The notes under the pieces are model-generated. The model saw only the letters and a list, made by a program, of their open reading frames with translations. It ran no database searches and was not told where the DNA came from. Below, piece by piece: positions 25,165-38,312 of a stretch of 64,000 bases of DNA; the stretch's first letter is position 1; each line of letters opens with the position of its first letter. A program made the position numbers and the translations under genes. The stretch spans positions 124,001-188,000 of the forward strand of contig OU015567.1 of assembly GCA_907165135.1 (NCBI GenBank), read 5' to 3'. Source of the DNA: Oikopleura dioica. Lineage: Eukaryota; Animalia; Chordata.

Positions 25165-26859
25165 TTCTTTTCGCTGAATTTATTTTCTCAGTCTGAAAAC
25201 AGAAAATTAGTTGCCTCGCTTTTTAAACGCGGGATCGGCCGGGCCAATTCATCGGCCAGTTCCGCTTCTAGTCATAAAAAATGAAAATGACAGGTTAATT
25301 AATAATGAGCTCGTTTTTTTGAAGAAAAAATTTAGGAAAATAATTTTTTTCTTAAAACATTATTTTTTTAAAGTTCGTGAAAAAAGTTTTTTTTTGATAT
25401 TTTTTCTTATTTGAGCCGTTATCACATGATTCAATCGGAAAAACCCTGCGGAAGCGGATTCAATAGCTTTGCAAATTTACTTAAGTCATGTTCAATATTT
25501 CTCTTCTGCGGAAATTCTCTTGTTCAATTGAGTTTGCTGAAAAGCGGCCTTTGAAATCCCCTTATTTATGATTCTGCTTGGATTGTGAGTAAAGTTTACG
25601 GCGTGGGATTTATAAGGCCAGACGAGCTCGTGAGGAGCGATAATGAGTTAATTGTCTATTCGGTTTTGTCCCGTGGATAATCAGACTTTTTCGCGCATTG
25701 TTGTTTTCACGGAAAGGAATCATGTGATCTTTTCTGATGTTTTTACGAGTCTGAGTATTGTGGGACGGATTAACATTAATTTGAAACCGACAGTCATTAA
25801 TTAATCAATCATAAAACCAATCTTCTCCTGTGAGTCGACTCTCAAAAAGAAAATCTAATAAAAAAGGCTCAAAAATGGGATTTTACGGGACAAACCAACA
25901 AAAGGAAATGTTAAAAAATGAAGTGACAAGCCAGGAAGTACATTTTCGGCAGCCAATAAGATCGCTGTATTTAGCCTAACGGCCAATCAAAACTCGTTTT
26001 CATTAATTTTGCTCCTGGCTCATCAATTTTTTTTATTGTTTCTTTTTTTTTGGTTTGACCGCTAATATCAGTCAACGGAAGAACATCAAAAGACAAAAAA
26101 AAAATAATAAAAAAAATAAAATCGAATTCAATTTATTCACGGCCAGCTTCGCTAACTCGGATTGATTTTTGAAATTATCACAAACAGACTGTTAAACGCG
26201 GAATCTTGAGCCAATTTCGTGGAATGCTTGCATGAGTACATCATAATCCCTTCTTGTAGCGTACGCGCTATTTCACATCATTCAAGGCACATTAGCCGAC
26301 CGTCTACGGGCGTTAATTATCACAATTTTAGGACTCATCAATGATTACCAATCATTCTTTACTCTTATTCTTTTCTAGTTACAGTAACAATCTTTCTTAT
26401 TCTGCTTCTATAACGATTCTCTTCCTTGATTCTTCTGGACGACCTTTACGATCAAGAAAACTCAACGCGACGGATTCCTGTATTTTTAACCAGAACAAGT
26501 TGTATGTTCTATCATCCCCAGCCGAGTTCCGCATTTGCGGCTTGACAGTGTGACCCCGTGCCCCGCGGGATGGCGCTGTCAGTAACTGCTCCTGGTAGGC
26601 GTTTTTGTTTGAAACACTTTTTTGGCTCGATTTCAGGGTGAATGGCTATCTCCTGATTTAACGACAAAACCGAAGCTTTCTGCAAGGACGACAACTTCTT
26701 CTTCAGCGACAACGACAATTGCTTGGACTGACTACGATTTTGGAAAATGGATTGATAACGACTCTTATCAAAGTGATATGGCCACATAGTGGGAAGTTGA
26801 CCTTTGATAAGAATTTTTGCTCGGAATCGGCTGCTTTTATGAAAATGAAAACAACGAAG

Positions 26860-26960
26860 AAAACAAGCGCGCGAAAGTGCTGCGCCTTATTTGAAAAGAA
26901 AAACAAGTGCGCGAAATGCGCTCCGCCATATTTGGAAAGAAAGCCATCTGCGCGAAATGA
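26860..26960. promoter_or_regulatory. About 42-bp tandem repeat with E2F-like (GCGCGAAA x3) and CArG-box motifs
   Basis: gcgcgaaa at about 26869, 26909 and 26950. Perfect CC(A/T)6GG ccatatttgg at 26926-26935. Motif match only. Confidence 0.3.
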
Positions 26961-28151
26961 AATTTGAAATTTCTGAAATTCTGAAAATCACTCTCTATCT
27001 TACCAAATACAAAAAGCGCCGATTTCCGAATTTTAGTGTCTCCCTTGCAAGTTAACTAGCTTAGAGATTAATAGAGCGGCATCAACCGCAATTTTCAGTC
27101 GAAATCTTCGAATTAAATAAGACTTCTTCTTTCTTAAAAATCTCTTCTTTGTGCAAAGGTCTCTCCAGCTGTGAGTCGGCCGTGGCCGAAAATCGCCGAA
27201 TGAGGAAACGAGCAAAGAAAATGTTAAATTTGGTTTTAGCACACTGAATGATTCGAAGATTTTACTGCCGCGCGCCAAAACGAGACGGCCCGCGACGCAC
27301 ATCAAAAGACTCCATCTCGGCTCAACTATCAATCTTCCCGAAACAGCTCCGCGAAAATCCCCTGGAGTTCTGCCATCTCAGCCAAACTTTGTTTTTCGAT
27401 GAAGAAGAACCTTAGCCTATATTTTTTGATATTTTTTCTTCAATTTTCAAAAGATTATTTTTTTTATATAAAAATTGGGCTGAACCATAGAAAGGAAGTT
27501 ATTTATTAGATCTCGATTTTCATTGGCCGGTAGGTCAAATACAGCAAGCTTATTGGTCTTCCGAAAATGCACTTTCTTTTCTTGGTTTCCACTGCTATTA
27601 ATTTGTGCATCCCTAAAATAATAATTTTCTAATAACAAAAACAGGGTGCCGTGAAATTACATCTTCCCCTTATTTTTATCGTCACCAAAGCCTTCAATCG
27701 AAAATAAAGCGAGAATAAAGAAAACACCTGATATTTAGCAAATTCGATTGTGACACCTCGTTCACGGAAGAAAATGTAATTTTAAGTATTGTTATTGAGA
27801 AACGAGCTGAGTGAAGCATTTTTACGTCTTTTGAATTCAGGATGGCTCATCAGTTTTCCTCGCGGCGGAAAGGGCGGATCAAGGAATTCTCAAAGCTCTT
27901 GAATAGATAGATCGGGCGGCGTCACATTGCGCTCTGCTCTTCGCTTTTCCCAGAAGACGAAATTGGGGCTAGATTTTAATCGCAGTCTTTATTACCCTTG
28001 ATTGCGTTATGGAGCCAAAAAAATGGGTAGAACCAATTTTTGGAACAAATTTTTTATCAAAAGGGTTTTGATTAGCCGGAAGGCCAAATACAGAAATCTT
28101 ATTGGCTATCCAAAAATTCACTTCCAAAAATTGGTTTAGTCCCATAAAATC

Positions 28152-28582
28152 GGGGATGGTGTCTGGAACCGACAAAAAATTTTCGACAAATTTTGCGTGG
28201 GCGGCTACTAGGCAGCTCATTGGTCGGTTTGCCGATTCCAGGCTTCTGATTCGGGGAGGTGTCTGGAACCGACAAAAAAATCCCGACAAAAATTTTCATT
28301 TTTTTCACGTAAATTTCAATCGTCCACCATTTTCTGCTGCGCTAACGAAAATTTCTCAAAACTGCCTAGAAATGTCCATTGTGGCCTGAAAAGGCCATTT
28401 CTGCATAGTTTTAAGAATAAAATCTTCTCAAAAAATTTTAAGAGTATTTTTTTCTGAAATGTCTTTTTTTTTAAATTTTTGTCGGAATTTTTTTGTCGAT
28501 TCCAGACGCCACCCCTCTGATTCGATGAAAATTTCCACGCAAAATTTGTCGAAATTTTTTTCTCGGTTCCAGACACCATCCC
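28152..28582. mobile_element. MITE family A, expanded or compound palindromic copy
   Basis: gggatggtgtctggaaccgac ... ggttccagacaccatccc, with duplicated inner TIRs. Confidence 0.8.
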
Positions 28583-29419
28583 AAAAATATCGCCTTGCTT
28601 TTGAATAACAACTGCTCTTAAACAGAAAGTTTCTGTAAAACTAATAAAGGCGAGGCAGGAATCAGGGTATGAAAATTGAGTACCCGTGGAGCGCGTCGAT
28701 TAGCGTTGAAAAATGCTATCAACGTCCGGTTGCTTTTTTTGGAGCAGCTTTGATTACGCAGCGCTCGTCAACTTTTCGCGAAACTAAACCAGCGGCGCAG
28801 TGAACGTTATGATTGCTTCTCAGCTTCAAGAAATGCTCAGCTGAGGCTGCAATGATTATTTGAATATTAAGTTTTCAATTCTAAAGAAACAAATAAAAAT
28901 GACATATTTTTTATTCGAAAATGCAAGTTTCGAGCGCCGAAAAGATTGAAAACAACGTTTGCAAGGCGAAGTTGCGTGTTCTTGTCGAAAGCAATGTCAA
29001 AGTCGGGAAAGAAACACGAAAGCGGGTAATTGCTTAGCGGCGGCGATCTCATCAAACTTACGACAACTTATCAAACTTATCGATAGAACACAAACTCTGG
29101 TGCCATAAGAACGCGGCCGATTAACAAAGTGCATCAAGTGTGTTTCTAGCGGAGCCCGCTCGTGTGTCGAACGTGTTGTAACAAGGGCCAATTATTTTAT
29201 CGTCTTTGATGAAAAGCGAAAGTGCAGAAGATACGATTCGAGAGTATTATAGTTTACAAATTCGGATAATCGAGTTTCTTTTGAAGAATTATTATTTTAT
29301 AGAATTTATATAGTGAAATGAAAAAAAAGGAGGGCAAATTTTTTCTTGGATATTTCATCAGGAACTTTTCGGAAAAGCTTAAAAATTGAAATAAGAATAA
29401 ATCATTCTGAATGATTATT

Positions 29420-31430
29420 CTACTTACACAGTGACAGAAGCCAAACAAAAATGCCAAAGACGAAGAGACAAACGATCAGACTTCCGAGAAATTCGCCGTC
29501 TATTTTGAGGCAGTCGCCGTTTGTTTCGAAATCCTCGCTTCCTGAACTATGCTGTTTTTGGGCGAAACTAAAGCTCTTGTACTGCAGATTTTCATTTTAA
29601 AAATGAGAAAATCGCGAATTAAGAATTGTTCTTTTGATTTTCAAGTTTAAATCACCTTTGTTCTTGTGTGCTTCTATTTTTTCTCGCTCAACATGATCGG
29701 CAGTAATTTCTAGGTTCTGATAAACTTGTTTTGTTTTTTCTATCGTTGATCCTTTTTCCACGTCAGAAATCATTTTTTGGAAAGGAAAATCAGAAATCTC
29801 GAAGCTCAAGAAAGCAGTCGAATTTCAGCAAACATGACTCAGAATATTTAATTTCTAACTCAAATATTTGTCTTTGCAATTGATTGCTTTTGCGATCGAC
29901 CGTTGCGTTGGATAAATTCCCAAGGAAAGATAATTGGAAAATGAAAGCCGCAAGAACGGATAGTCGAAATCCGCAGGAACGTCTCGAACTGATTCGCATT
30001 CGTGCCTTCCGGAAGTGCGACACGGAATCGCCGAATTTTACCGAAATGAATTCTTTTCTTTTGAACTTGGAAAATCTCTAAGGAAAATTGGTTGAGTCAC
30101 AATTTTAGAATTTCGCTTCTTGGAATGACAAGAACACGAGTGCGGCGGTCTCGATCATTCTTTGTTTGGTATTTCCGATGGCGCAGTTTATTTTCGCAAT
30201 TTCCGTCAAGGATTAAAAACGGGTTTTCGCTTGTTCTTCGTTTCGGCGAAGATCGAGGGCGATTTAGACGGAGGATTCTTCTGGACTGCCAGCCTCATTT
30301 TCAATTGACTAATTTCCGTTTTGAGATGAAGAAAATGAAAAATGAAAATTTCAAAAAGTCAATTCCTGAGTATTTGTTTTGTGAAGCGCTCGTTTTTGCC
30401 ACTTCTCTCTCGGCCGCTTTCCTGGCTGCTTTCTCTTGCGGCAGACGATTCGCAGGAAGAATTTCTTTATTCGAGTCCCTGAATGTTTTTGAGAAAAGAA
30501 TGTGTTATGAAGGACCCCCCGGCAGCTTTCTCGAAAAATCAAATCTCGGAATTTCAACCGGGAATAGATTCTACGGGTCAAAACGGGGGATCCCTTAAGG
30601 CTTTTTGGGGGTCTATCTCGACTTCTATGCCCCCAAAATCGCATTTGAAAATTGAAATTTTCGCCGAAAATTGACGAATTTTCCCTGATTTTCGCAAAAA
30701 TATTCATTTTTCTTGGTCAAAAATTTCTCTTATCAAGTTTTTGAAGTAAGTTTAACCTGATGACGTATTCAGAATCAAGAATATGGTGTATTTTTAATTT
30801 CCATTTTCATAGGAAAAAGCTGACGGGGGCGGGGGGTCGTTAACTTACATTGGAAGCGGTCTTTGTAGGTTTTCTTTTTCTCGACTGTCGTTTTGTCCAG
30901 ATTGGCGACCATTGCTTTCGTTCGCAGCCGGCAGCATCTAAAATTTTTGCAAAACAAAACTTGGTTTTTACTTTTGGCAAAAGCAATATTTTCCGTAAAG
31001 CTGTGTCATTGTCGCCGCCGAGAGCTAAATCGTGAAAAAGTTTGTCCCGCTTAAAAGTTGCGATCGAATTTTGAGCACCGAAAATGGCGATAGAAGATAC
31101 AGATTCCTTACGCTTAGATTTGGCGCTTCTCCAAAATTCTTTTCGAATGCGGAAAACCGAAGCCGCGAAGAAATACATCGTTTCCGCAGATGTTCGGCCG
31201 TCTCCAACGAGTTTAGCATATTCGAGGGTGCGTAACGTTCCACGAAAAAATTACCCGGTCGGAGCATGTTTGGCGGATCTGTCAGAGATGTTCCTGGCAC
31301 GTCGCTTACAAATCAGCCCCCTCCTTCTCCTACAAATCCATTTTCAGCTTAGTCTTGTTCGGCGAGCTGGCACCATCGTTTCACCAAGTGCTTCTTTTAA
31401 TCTTGAGTCATCTTCAATTTTTCGTTGAGA
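29420..31430 (-). CDS. Hypothetical multi-exon protein with a C-terminal transmembrane helix; model incomplete
   Basis: Spliceable open segments (...RTLEYAKLVGDG...KILLLPK|MLPAANES...). The final exon ends FLGSLIVCLFVFGIFVWLLSLCK*. No family recognised. Confidence 0.35.
30512..30839. mobile_element. MITE family B, intronic
   Basis: ggaccccccggcagcttt ... aaaagctgacggggg..ggtcg-ttaa. The interior matches 7786-8114. Confidence 0.8.
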
Positions 31431-32862
31431 CAAAGACCTTTCGTTTCAACTCTTTTTATAACGAATTTCAAAAAATATTCTTTTTTGAAAACCGGCTACT
31501 GTCTGAAATTCTTCTCAAAAAATTTTTGAGTTATTTGGAGTGATCCTTTATTTTGGAATCAGCTCGGTTTATTTTGAGAGGAACTGCAAGTCGCTTGAGC
31601 TGTGTTAGTCTAACTGGTGCGGAGCTAACCTCGCGGTCTTGTTAAGCGGTTCAGGGCGGGCTGAGCGGAACTTCCCCGAAATCACTCGTCGTCTGATAAG
31701 AGGAAGGCCCCAGAGAGGAATTCTATAATGCGCTGCTACAAAATTCACCACACTGCTCAAACAAAGGCTTAAGGGACCTCGGGGGTCACTTCACAATGCA
31801 CTCGGCGCATTGGCGACAGGCAAGGGCACTTTTCGCAACTAAAATTCAAAGAGATAATTGAGGTGACATTTACTTATTTGTAGTTTTTTTTGGAGCAGAC
31901 TCTGCTCAGCAGAGTATTATTTCTTTTTTTAGCGGAAAATTCTAGAAGGGAGGAAATGAAAGATGTCTGAGTCTGATAGAGCTGAAAATTTCGGGGAGGG
32001 TGACAAGGAGCAAACCGCAATCTCCGGCCCCTGGTTTTATAGGAACCGGTTGCAACAACTTTTTCAGACTTATCTCATCATCGCAAGGTTTAAGTACAAT
32101 CGCCCATTATTTACAGTAACGACATATTCTCATGAAACTGTGCTTTCATGATTAAGGATGAGTGTCTCCCCATGCTATAATTAAAGAAAATTAACGGTGT
32201 CCAAAGATTTATTCTTTGAGAAAAATTGGCATTTACGATTTTTAGCAAAGAAAACTAGAAATTTTCGAGTATCATTCGAAGGCTTCATTCATTGGTCAAT
32301 CCTTTATTGAAAAATTTAATTTTTTTGCCAAAGAGGGCTGTTTTTGTTCGATTTGTGACGGTCAGGCGAGAAATGACGACAGCTCAGAATTGCAGAATTT
32401 CCGCATGTTGCCAAATTACGACGAAAGTATTTTGGTGAAAATACTTGAAACAAGGTGGGCAATGAATAATTGCCACTTCTTTCAATTATTGGCTTTGACG
32501 GTGTGGTCACATTCTCCATATCTTTTTTTCGTATTTCTAGGTCAGTCTGAAAACTTTTTTTTAAAATGAATAACTGTCTGAAATCTCTGCTTCTAGAATC
32601 TGTAGCAAAAATTTTCGACCTGAAAGACCGATTTTTTAAAGCCAGCGTTAAATTGATCTAACATAATTTGTCATCGTTTTCGGGCTTTTTGCTCAATCCA
32701 AGCATAAATTATCAGCTCTAAGAAAGCCGGAAAGAAGACGAGCTAGACCGAATCATAATTATTGGCCGATTTCTTTGCTAAGAAGATGTTTAATAAACTC
32801 AACATGAAAAAGTTAAGACACTTGAAATAATTTGAAGAAAAACTACTTCACGACGAAGTTAA

Positions 32863-33213
32863 GGACACCCCCCCCCCCGTCAACAACAATTTTCAAAAAA
32901 TCCCTTTTCGGAATTTCAAAATTTTGACCCGGAAATGAATTTTACAGATCAAAAAACGATTTTGAGGCTTCATTTTTTGGGGTCCATCTCGACTCTAACA
33001 CCCTCAAAATCGCGTTTGAAGATTTGACTTTTTTGACGAAAAATGCCGAAAAAGTCCCAATTTTGCTGAAATTTTAGATTTTTGTTGGTCAAAAAGTGGT
33101 CCGAACAAGTTTTTATGCTAAATTGAATTTCAAGGCATTCTAGGAAGCCAAAATATGGCTTTTTTGAAATTTTCGATTTTTTGAGGAAAATTGTTGACGG
33201 GGAGGGGGGGGCC
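32863..33213. mobile_element. MITE family B
   Basis: ttaa-ggacaccc..cgtcaac ... gttgacgggg..gcc-ttaa. Confidence 0.85.
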
Positions 33214-33879
33214 TTAAATAAAGAAATATTTTTCTAGCGCGTCGAAACTTATTTCCTTATCCCGACATTGGCGCTCTTCTAAATGACAACCAATCTGATA
33301 AGAATTTTTTCCTTTTCAAAAACTACTTTCGCTTCTTCGTTTTTCTTTTTTTGGCAACAAGCGATCGGTAATAATCCTAGTCAAGCGACAGCAATTTTCA
33401 GATTGCAGTTCTTCTGCTGCTTCGTCAAGCATTTTCTAGAATAACGTGACTGGCCGGGCAGAATGGGTGTTTGTAGTGACTCCACCCGATACTTAACTCG
33501 CGCAAAATTAATGTTTTCATTACATCAGAGGGCTTTGAGGTTATCCAGAAGTCTGACTGCTTCGATACTTCTTTCATTTGCAGAAATCACACAATTGAGC
33601 GAAGCCAAAATAAGAATTAATTTCTTGCCGCGTCATCGAATTTAAAATGGAAGAATCGTCGAAGCGGTCGTAGCTTAGGCCTTGACTTTATCCAAAAAAA
33701 TAAGGGTTTAGCCCAATTAAATTCCAAAAAACCTTAATCCAGAGAGAATCATATGGGTAATGGTTCCAGTCGAGGGTTGGATCTTAATCTAGCAATAGAA
33801 ATTAAGGGTCTACCTTAAATAGTTTTTGATAAAACTTTCAGTTAAGAGCCCCATTTAAACGATTGTTGATTGGAGTTGG

Positions 33880-34275
33880 GGTTCGTCAGCTTTTTTCTTC
33901 GGAAAATGGGATTTTTGAAAACGCCATCTCATATGGTCCATATGGGTAGGCTTTCCGCACTAAAATAGCTAGAACAGGGCTAACCCTTGTGAATTACATC
34001 TTCTATATGGTTTTTTTATTCGTCCTCAGTTTAAACTTGCTTTGAAAAGTTGAAAGGCGAATATTTGACCAAGAAAAATCGATATTTTTGCCAAAATTAG
34101 AGCTAACTCGTCAATTTTCGGCAATAAATCCGATTTTTAGGGTGAAGGAGTTGAGATTGACCCCCAAAATGAAGCCTTAAAATCGTTTACCCAAAGAAAT
34201 TCTTTGGATTATCCATTTCCGGGGTCAAAATTTAAAATTCCGAAATTTTACTTCTGGAAAAAATAAGACCGGGGG
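33880..34275. mobile_element. Degenerate MITE family B copy
   Basis: Shares atccatttccggggtcaaaattt and gaagccttaaaatcgttt with other family B copies. Ends are eroded. Confidence 0.55.
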
Positions 34276-34684
34276 AAAACTGTAAAACTATGAAATTTTT
34301 GTTACAAAAAAGATATTTCATTCACTCATTCTGCTTATAAAATGTTAAAATTGGAAGTAAGTGTTTGCCGGAAAAGAGAGTAAAAATGCAAACAAAGTGG
34401 CTCCCCAACGTGTGTCGTAAAGTGCCCCGCTCCCCTTGTTGGATTCTAGAGGTTTCGCAAGGGCGCGTTTGCGCGATGGCGCCAACGAGCGCGATTATCG
34501 TGAAGTCCGTTTTGTGACATAATTCGCGAGTCAGCTAAATTGAACTGGCCCCTGAACCCTTTTCCCAGTTTTCCTTCACTTGATAAAAAGTGAAAGAAAA
34601 CAAAAATATTTGATTTTTCGGAGAACGAATTCTACAGCTATTTCGAAGATTATTTTCGAAGAAAATAGAGAATAAATTCGAGAA

Positions 34685-35650
34685 ATGAAGATTTTCACTT
34701 TTGCTCTCCTTCTGGGGAGCTTAATAAGAGATGCCAGGGCCGAAGACTTTTTGGCGGAGATTCTCAGTGGAGATTTGGATAGGAAACGGTTTACAGAGCT
34801 CAAATTTTTTTAATGAATAATTTAATAATTATGATTTTCTTATAATTTTTTTTAAGAATAATCTTTTTTATAAATTTGATATTTTTTTTTTATTTTGATT
34901 TTTAATTCAATTTTCTAGTGACTTCATAAATTATATCTACGGATGCACCAAAAAAATTCCCTTTTGAAAGCTGGAGTGTTTTCGTAGTCGGGAGAACGTG
35001 AAGCGCGTCCATTCGAAGATGCCGCCCGAGCCCGTCTTACTAAAACTAATCCCGATTTTCGGCTGATCAGGCGATGACGAAATTTTTGAGATTAAAATTT
35101 GAGCACTGCGAAACCGGTCGAAAGTTTAAAAGATGGAAAATCTCAATCGACGGAGACGAGTCAAGTGAGACCGATAAACTCGAACGAGATGAACAGAAGA
35201 ATCAGGAAAGTATAAAAATATTAGATAAGATGATAGACTTAAATTTTTTTTGCAAAAAAATTTTTTGTTATTTTGTGAAAAATAAAATTCTTGAATTTTT
35301 AACTTTTCAAATTTTAAGCCATTTTTTCGCAAAAATATTTCATTTTTTTCAAAAAAGTCTTATTTATACGAAAAAAAAGACAAAAAGTGGCGGGTGGATA
35401 TTTCTCGGAAGCGACTTACAAAGAATGCATCGCTGATGAACTCAATCGAGCAGGAACGGTGTTTTTTATTTTAGAAATAAAACTGGCTGTAAGATAAAAT
35501 GATTTATTCGTCAAGAACTGTAATGTGACAAGAATCAAGTGCGGCAAATGCAAAACAGTTGTGAATTCGAAAGAAGCACGTTGTTCTTCACGTAATTTTC
35601 TTGTCAAGTCCCCGCAGCACAATGTTTACACAAATGCCCGCGAAATTTAA
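34685..35650 (+). CDS. Hypothetical secreted Cys-containing protein or pseudogene
   Basis: Signal peptide MKIFTFALLLGSLIRDARA and later exon-like segments (YKECIADELNR, NCNVTRIKCGKCK). The middle exon has stops or frameshifts. Confidence 0.3.
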
Positions 35651-35949
35651 TGGGCGCCAATTTTTTGGACAGGTTTAACCTAAAAATATTCCCGCAAACT
35701 AAAAAAAGAGAAAAACTGAAGAAAGCAGGTTGTTACGTCTAATTCTGGAAAGTCATTTTGCTTGAGTACCCTTTTGCTCACGTAAGTCAAAACGACAAAT
35801 TGCTACAAGCATACCGAAAGTCACGTGAGGCGCGCAAAAGCGGCGGACAAGGGCGCGTTTCTTCAAAATGGCGGAAACTGGTTTAGACCTTTTTTGAATG
35901 CTCGTTTTCTTAAATCTTAATCTAAAAGACGATTCTTTCGGCCTTATTT

Positions 35950-36100
35950 TGGAGAGTTGTCTTGAACCAACAAAAAACTCGACAAATTTTGCTTGGAAAT
36001 TTTTAACCAATCAGAAGCCTTGATATGGCAAACCGGCCAAAATGAGTAGCCGCCCACGCAAAATTTGTCGAAATTTCTTTGTCGGCTACAGAGAAAATCC
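35950..36100. mobile_element. MITE family A, diverged
   Basis: Family A core aaccaatcagaagcc...gccgcccacgcaaaatttgtcgaaattt. Confidence 0.7.
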
Positions 36101-36347
36101 CCCTTTTTCTTAAATAGCTCTTTCAAAGCGTGCTTCAAAGAAACTGACGTGAAGACATCTTGAAAAGGGATAGATTACGCAGCGCACCCTCATTTTACTC
36201 ACTGTTTAGAGTGATAATAGAACGAGGCGCTTTCAAACTGGCTGCTGTGTTTATCAAACTCAAAAAGATAAAATCATTCAATTCCAAGAAGACTTTTTTT
36301 ACTAAAATTTTTGGTTTTTTTTTCTTTTCAAAATTCCTATAAATATT

Positions 36348-36510
36348 CGGGCGTCTGGATTCCAGACTCTGGAACCGACAAAAAATTCGACAAATTTTGC
36401 GTGGGCGGCTGCTCGGCTGCTGATTGGCAGGTTTGCCGAATCGAGGCTTCTGATTGGTTGAAAATTTCCACGCAAAATTTAACGAAATTTTTTGTCGGTT
36501 CCAGACACCA
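36348..36510. mobile_element. MITE family A
   Basis: tctggaaccgacaaaaaattcgacaaattttgcgtgg ... tttttgtcggttccagacac. Confidence 0.8.
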
Positions 36511-37285
36511 GCCGAAATATCGTAATATAATCGTCCGTTGAGTCAATTCTAGAGATGATCAATCAAAATCGATACGTTGCAAGATGAAAAGCTCGTTAGT
36601 GTCGATTTGATGCATCTTCATTCGTTTTCGTTGAAAATCTCGAAATCGACTATTTTCTTTAATTTTCAAAGGGAAATTTTTGCTTGAAAATGCGGTTAGA
36701 GATAAGCTCACAGTGAATTATTCGGGGCGGAAGGAAGACTTCCTCCTCTCAAGTGTATCTCCAGGCTCGTACGCTTTGGGGAAAAACGGCGCCTAATCCT
36801 AAATAAATTTTACTTTTTCTTCCGGCGCCGATTTCGAGAAAGTAAAACGTGATATTTTTTATCTTTTCGAGAAATCTTTTTCTTTTTCAAAGTTCTTTAA
36901 AACAAACGAGAAGCGAAGCTGGTAAGACGCCATGCAAGAGCAAGATTCTGCGGCCAAAGCAAAACATTTTTTCAGAGAAACGTTATTTGCAAAATATTTT
37001 GACCGCCAACAAGTGTGACTCATTTTTCTCGACGATTAAACGATATTATTTCAGTTTTTTAAGTACTTTTAAAATAGTTCAAGTCATTTCTTATTTATTC
37101 TATTTTTTAATTTTTAAAAATATTTTAACTTTTTATTAATTTTAAATTTTCAATTTTATTAATAATTTTATAAGAAACTTTATTTTTGATTTAATTTAAT
37201 TTTTTGTTATAATTTAAATAAATTTTGAATAAAGTTTCAAATAATAAAACATGATATAAAGAAACAATCTTTGAAAAAACCTTAA

Positions 37286-38066
37286 GGATATAGCCTTGAA
37301 TATTGAACTTTCGTACACCCGAATCCCTGTTACGAATTCATTCATTTTTCAAATTACCCTACCTAAAATTCATCGTTGATTTCGAAAATGACCTTATTTT
37401 CAGTACTTTCTAGGGTAAGTACCTAAAAATCGACTTCAAAATAAAACAGACCGTCGTTCTCTGAAAAATTCCATTAAAAAGGTAAATCTAGATTGATGAT
37501 ATGAAAGACTGAAGCCTTATCTCCAATCTAGCGGTGGATTTTGTAAAAATATTGAAGATTACGGCTTCTAGTAACTGGTTTATGATTGTACTCCGAAATG
37601 GAGAGTGGCGCGCGCTGCAAATCAGAGCGAGGGGAGAATCTCAGTAAGATTTCGTTCAAGCTGTCGACAAAATTTCTCGTGTAAAATCGGATGAGCGATG
37701 GCTGAGTGAGATTTTCCCTCGCTCTCATTGGCTGCGCGCGCCACTCTCCTTTTCGAAGTACAGTCAAAAACCAGTTCCTAGAAGCCGTAATCTTCAATAT
37801 TTTTACAAAATCCACCGCTAGATTGGAGATAAGGCTTCAATCTTTCATATCATCAATCCAGATTTACCTTTTTAATGGAAATTTTCAGAGAACGACGGTC
37901 TGTTTTATTTTGAAGTCGATTTTTAGGTACAAACACCATTGAAAGTACTAAAAATAAGGGTTTTTTCGAATTCTACGCTAGATTTTAGGTAGAGTTTCTT
38001 TGAAAAATGAATAAATTCGTAACAGGGATTCGGGTGTACGAAAGTTCAATATTCAAGGCTATATCC
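37286..38066. mobile_element. Foldback (near-complete palindrome) element, TTAA TSD, GG..CC termini
   Basis: ttaa-ggatatagccttgaatattgaactttcgtacacccg ... cgggtgtacgaaagttcaatattcaaggctatatcc-ttaa. Inverted arms of about 340 bp. Confidence 0.9.
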
Positions 38067-38312
38067 TTAATTGAATTGTTGAGATGCAATAACCCCCAAT
38101 TGATGCAAGAACCACGTATTGAGTGAATTCATTGAGCGGGGATTGCTTGAATACCACAAAAGAAAAATGCCACTTTTGGTCGCTTCTGACACGATTGACT
38201 CGAAGCGCGGTCCGGAACGGTAATTTAACGTGGCGACTCTTGTCCGAAAATATTGGAAAGGGATTAATTGAGTAAGAGAGATGGCTTCTGTATTGAGTTG
38301 TTTTTTTTTATT

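Noticed and set aside
31595-31835. RNase MRP/P RNA (ggaaggcccc ... gggggtca could form P4)
   Set aside because: Only about 70 nt separate the two motifs, and I could not build P1-P3. An Infernal search would be needed.
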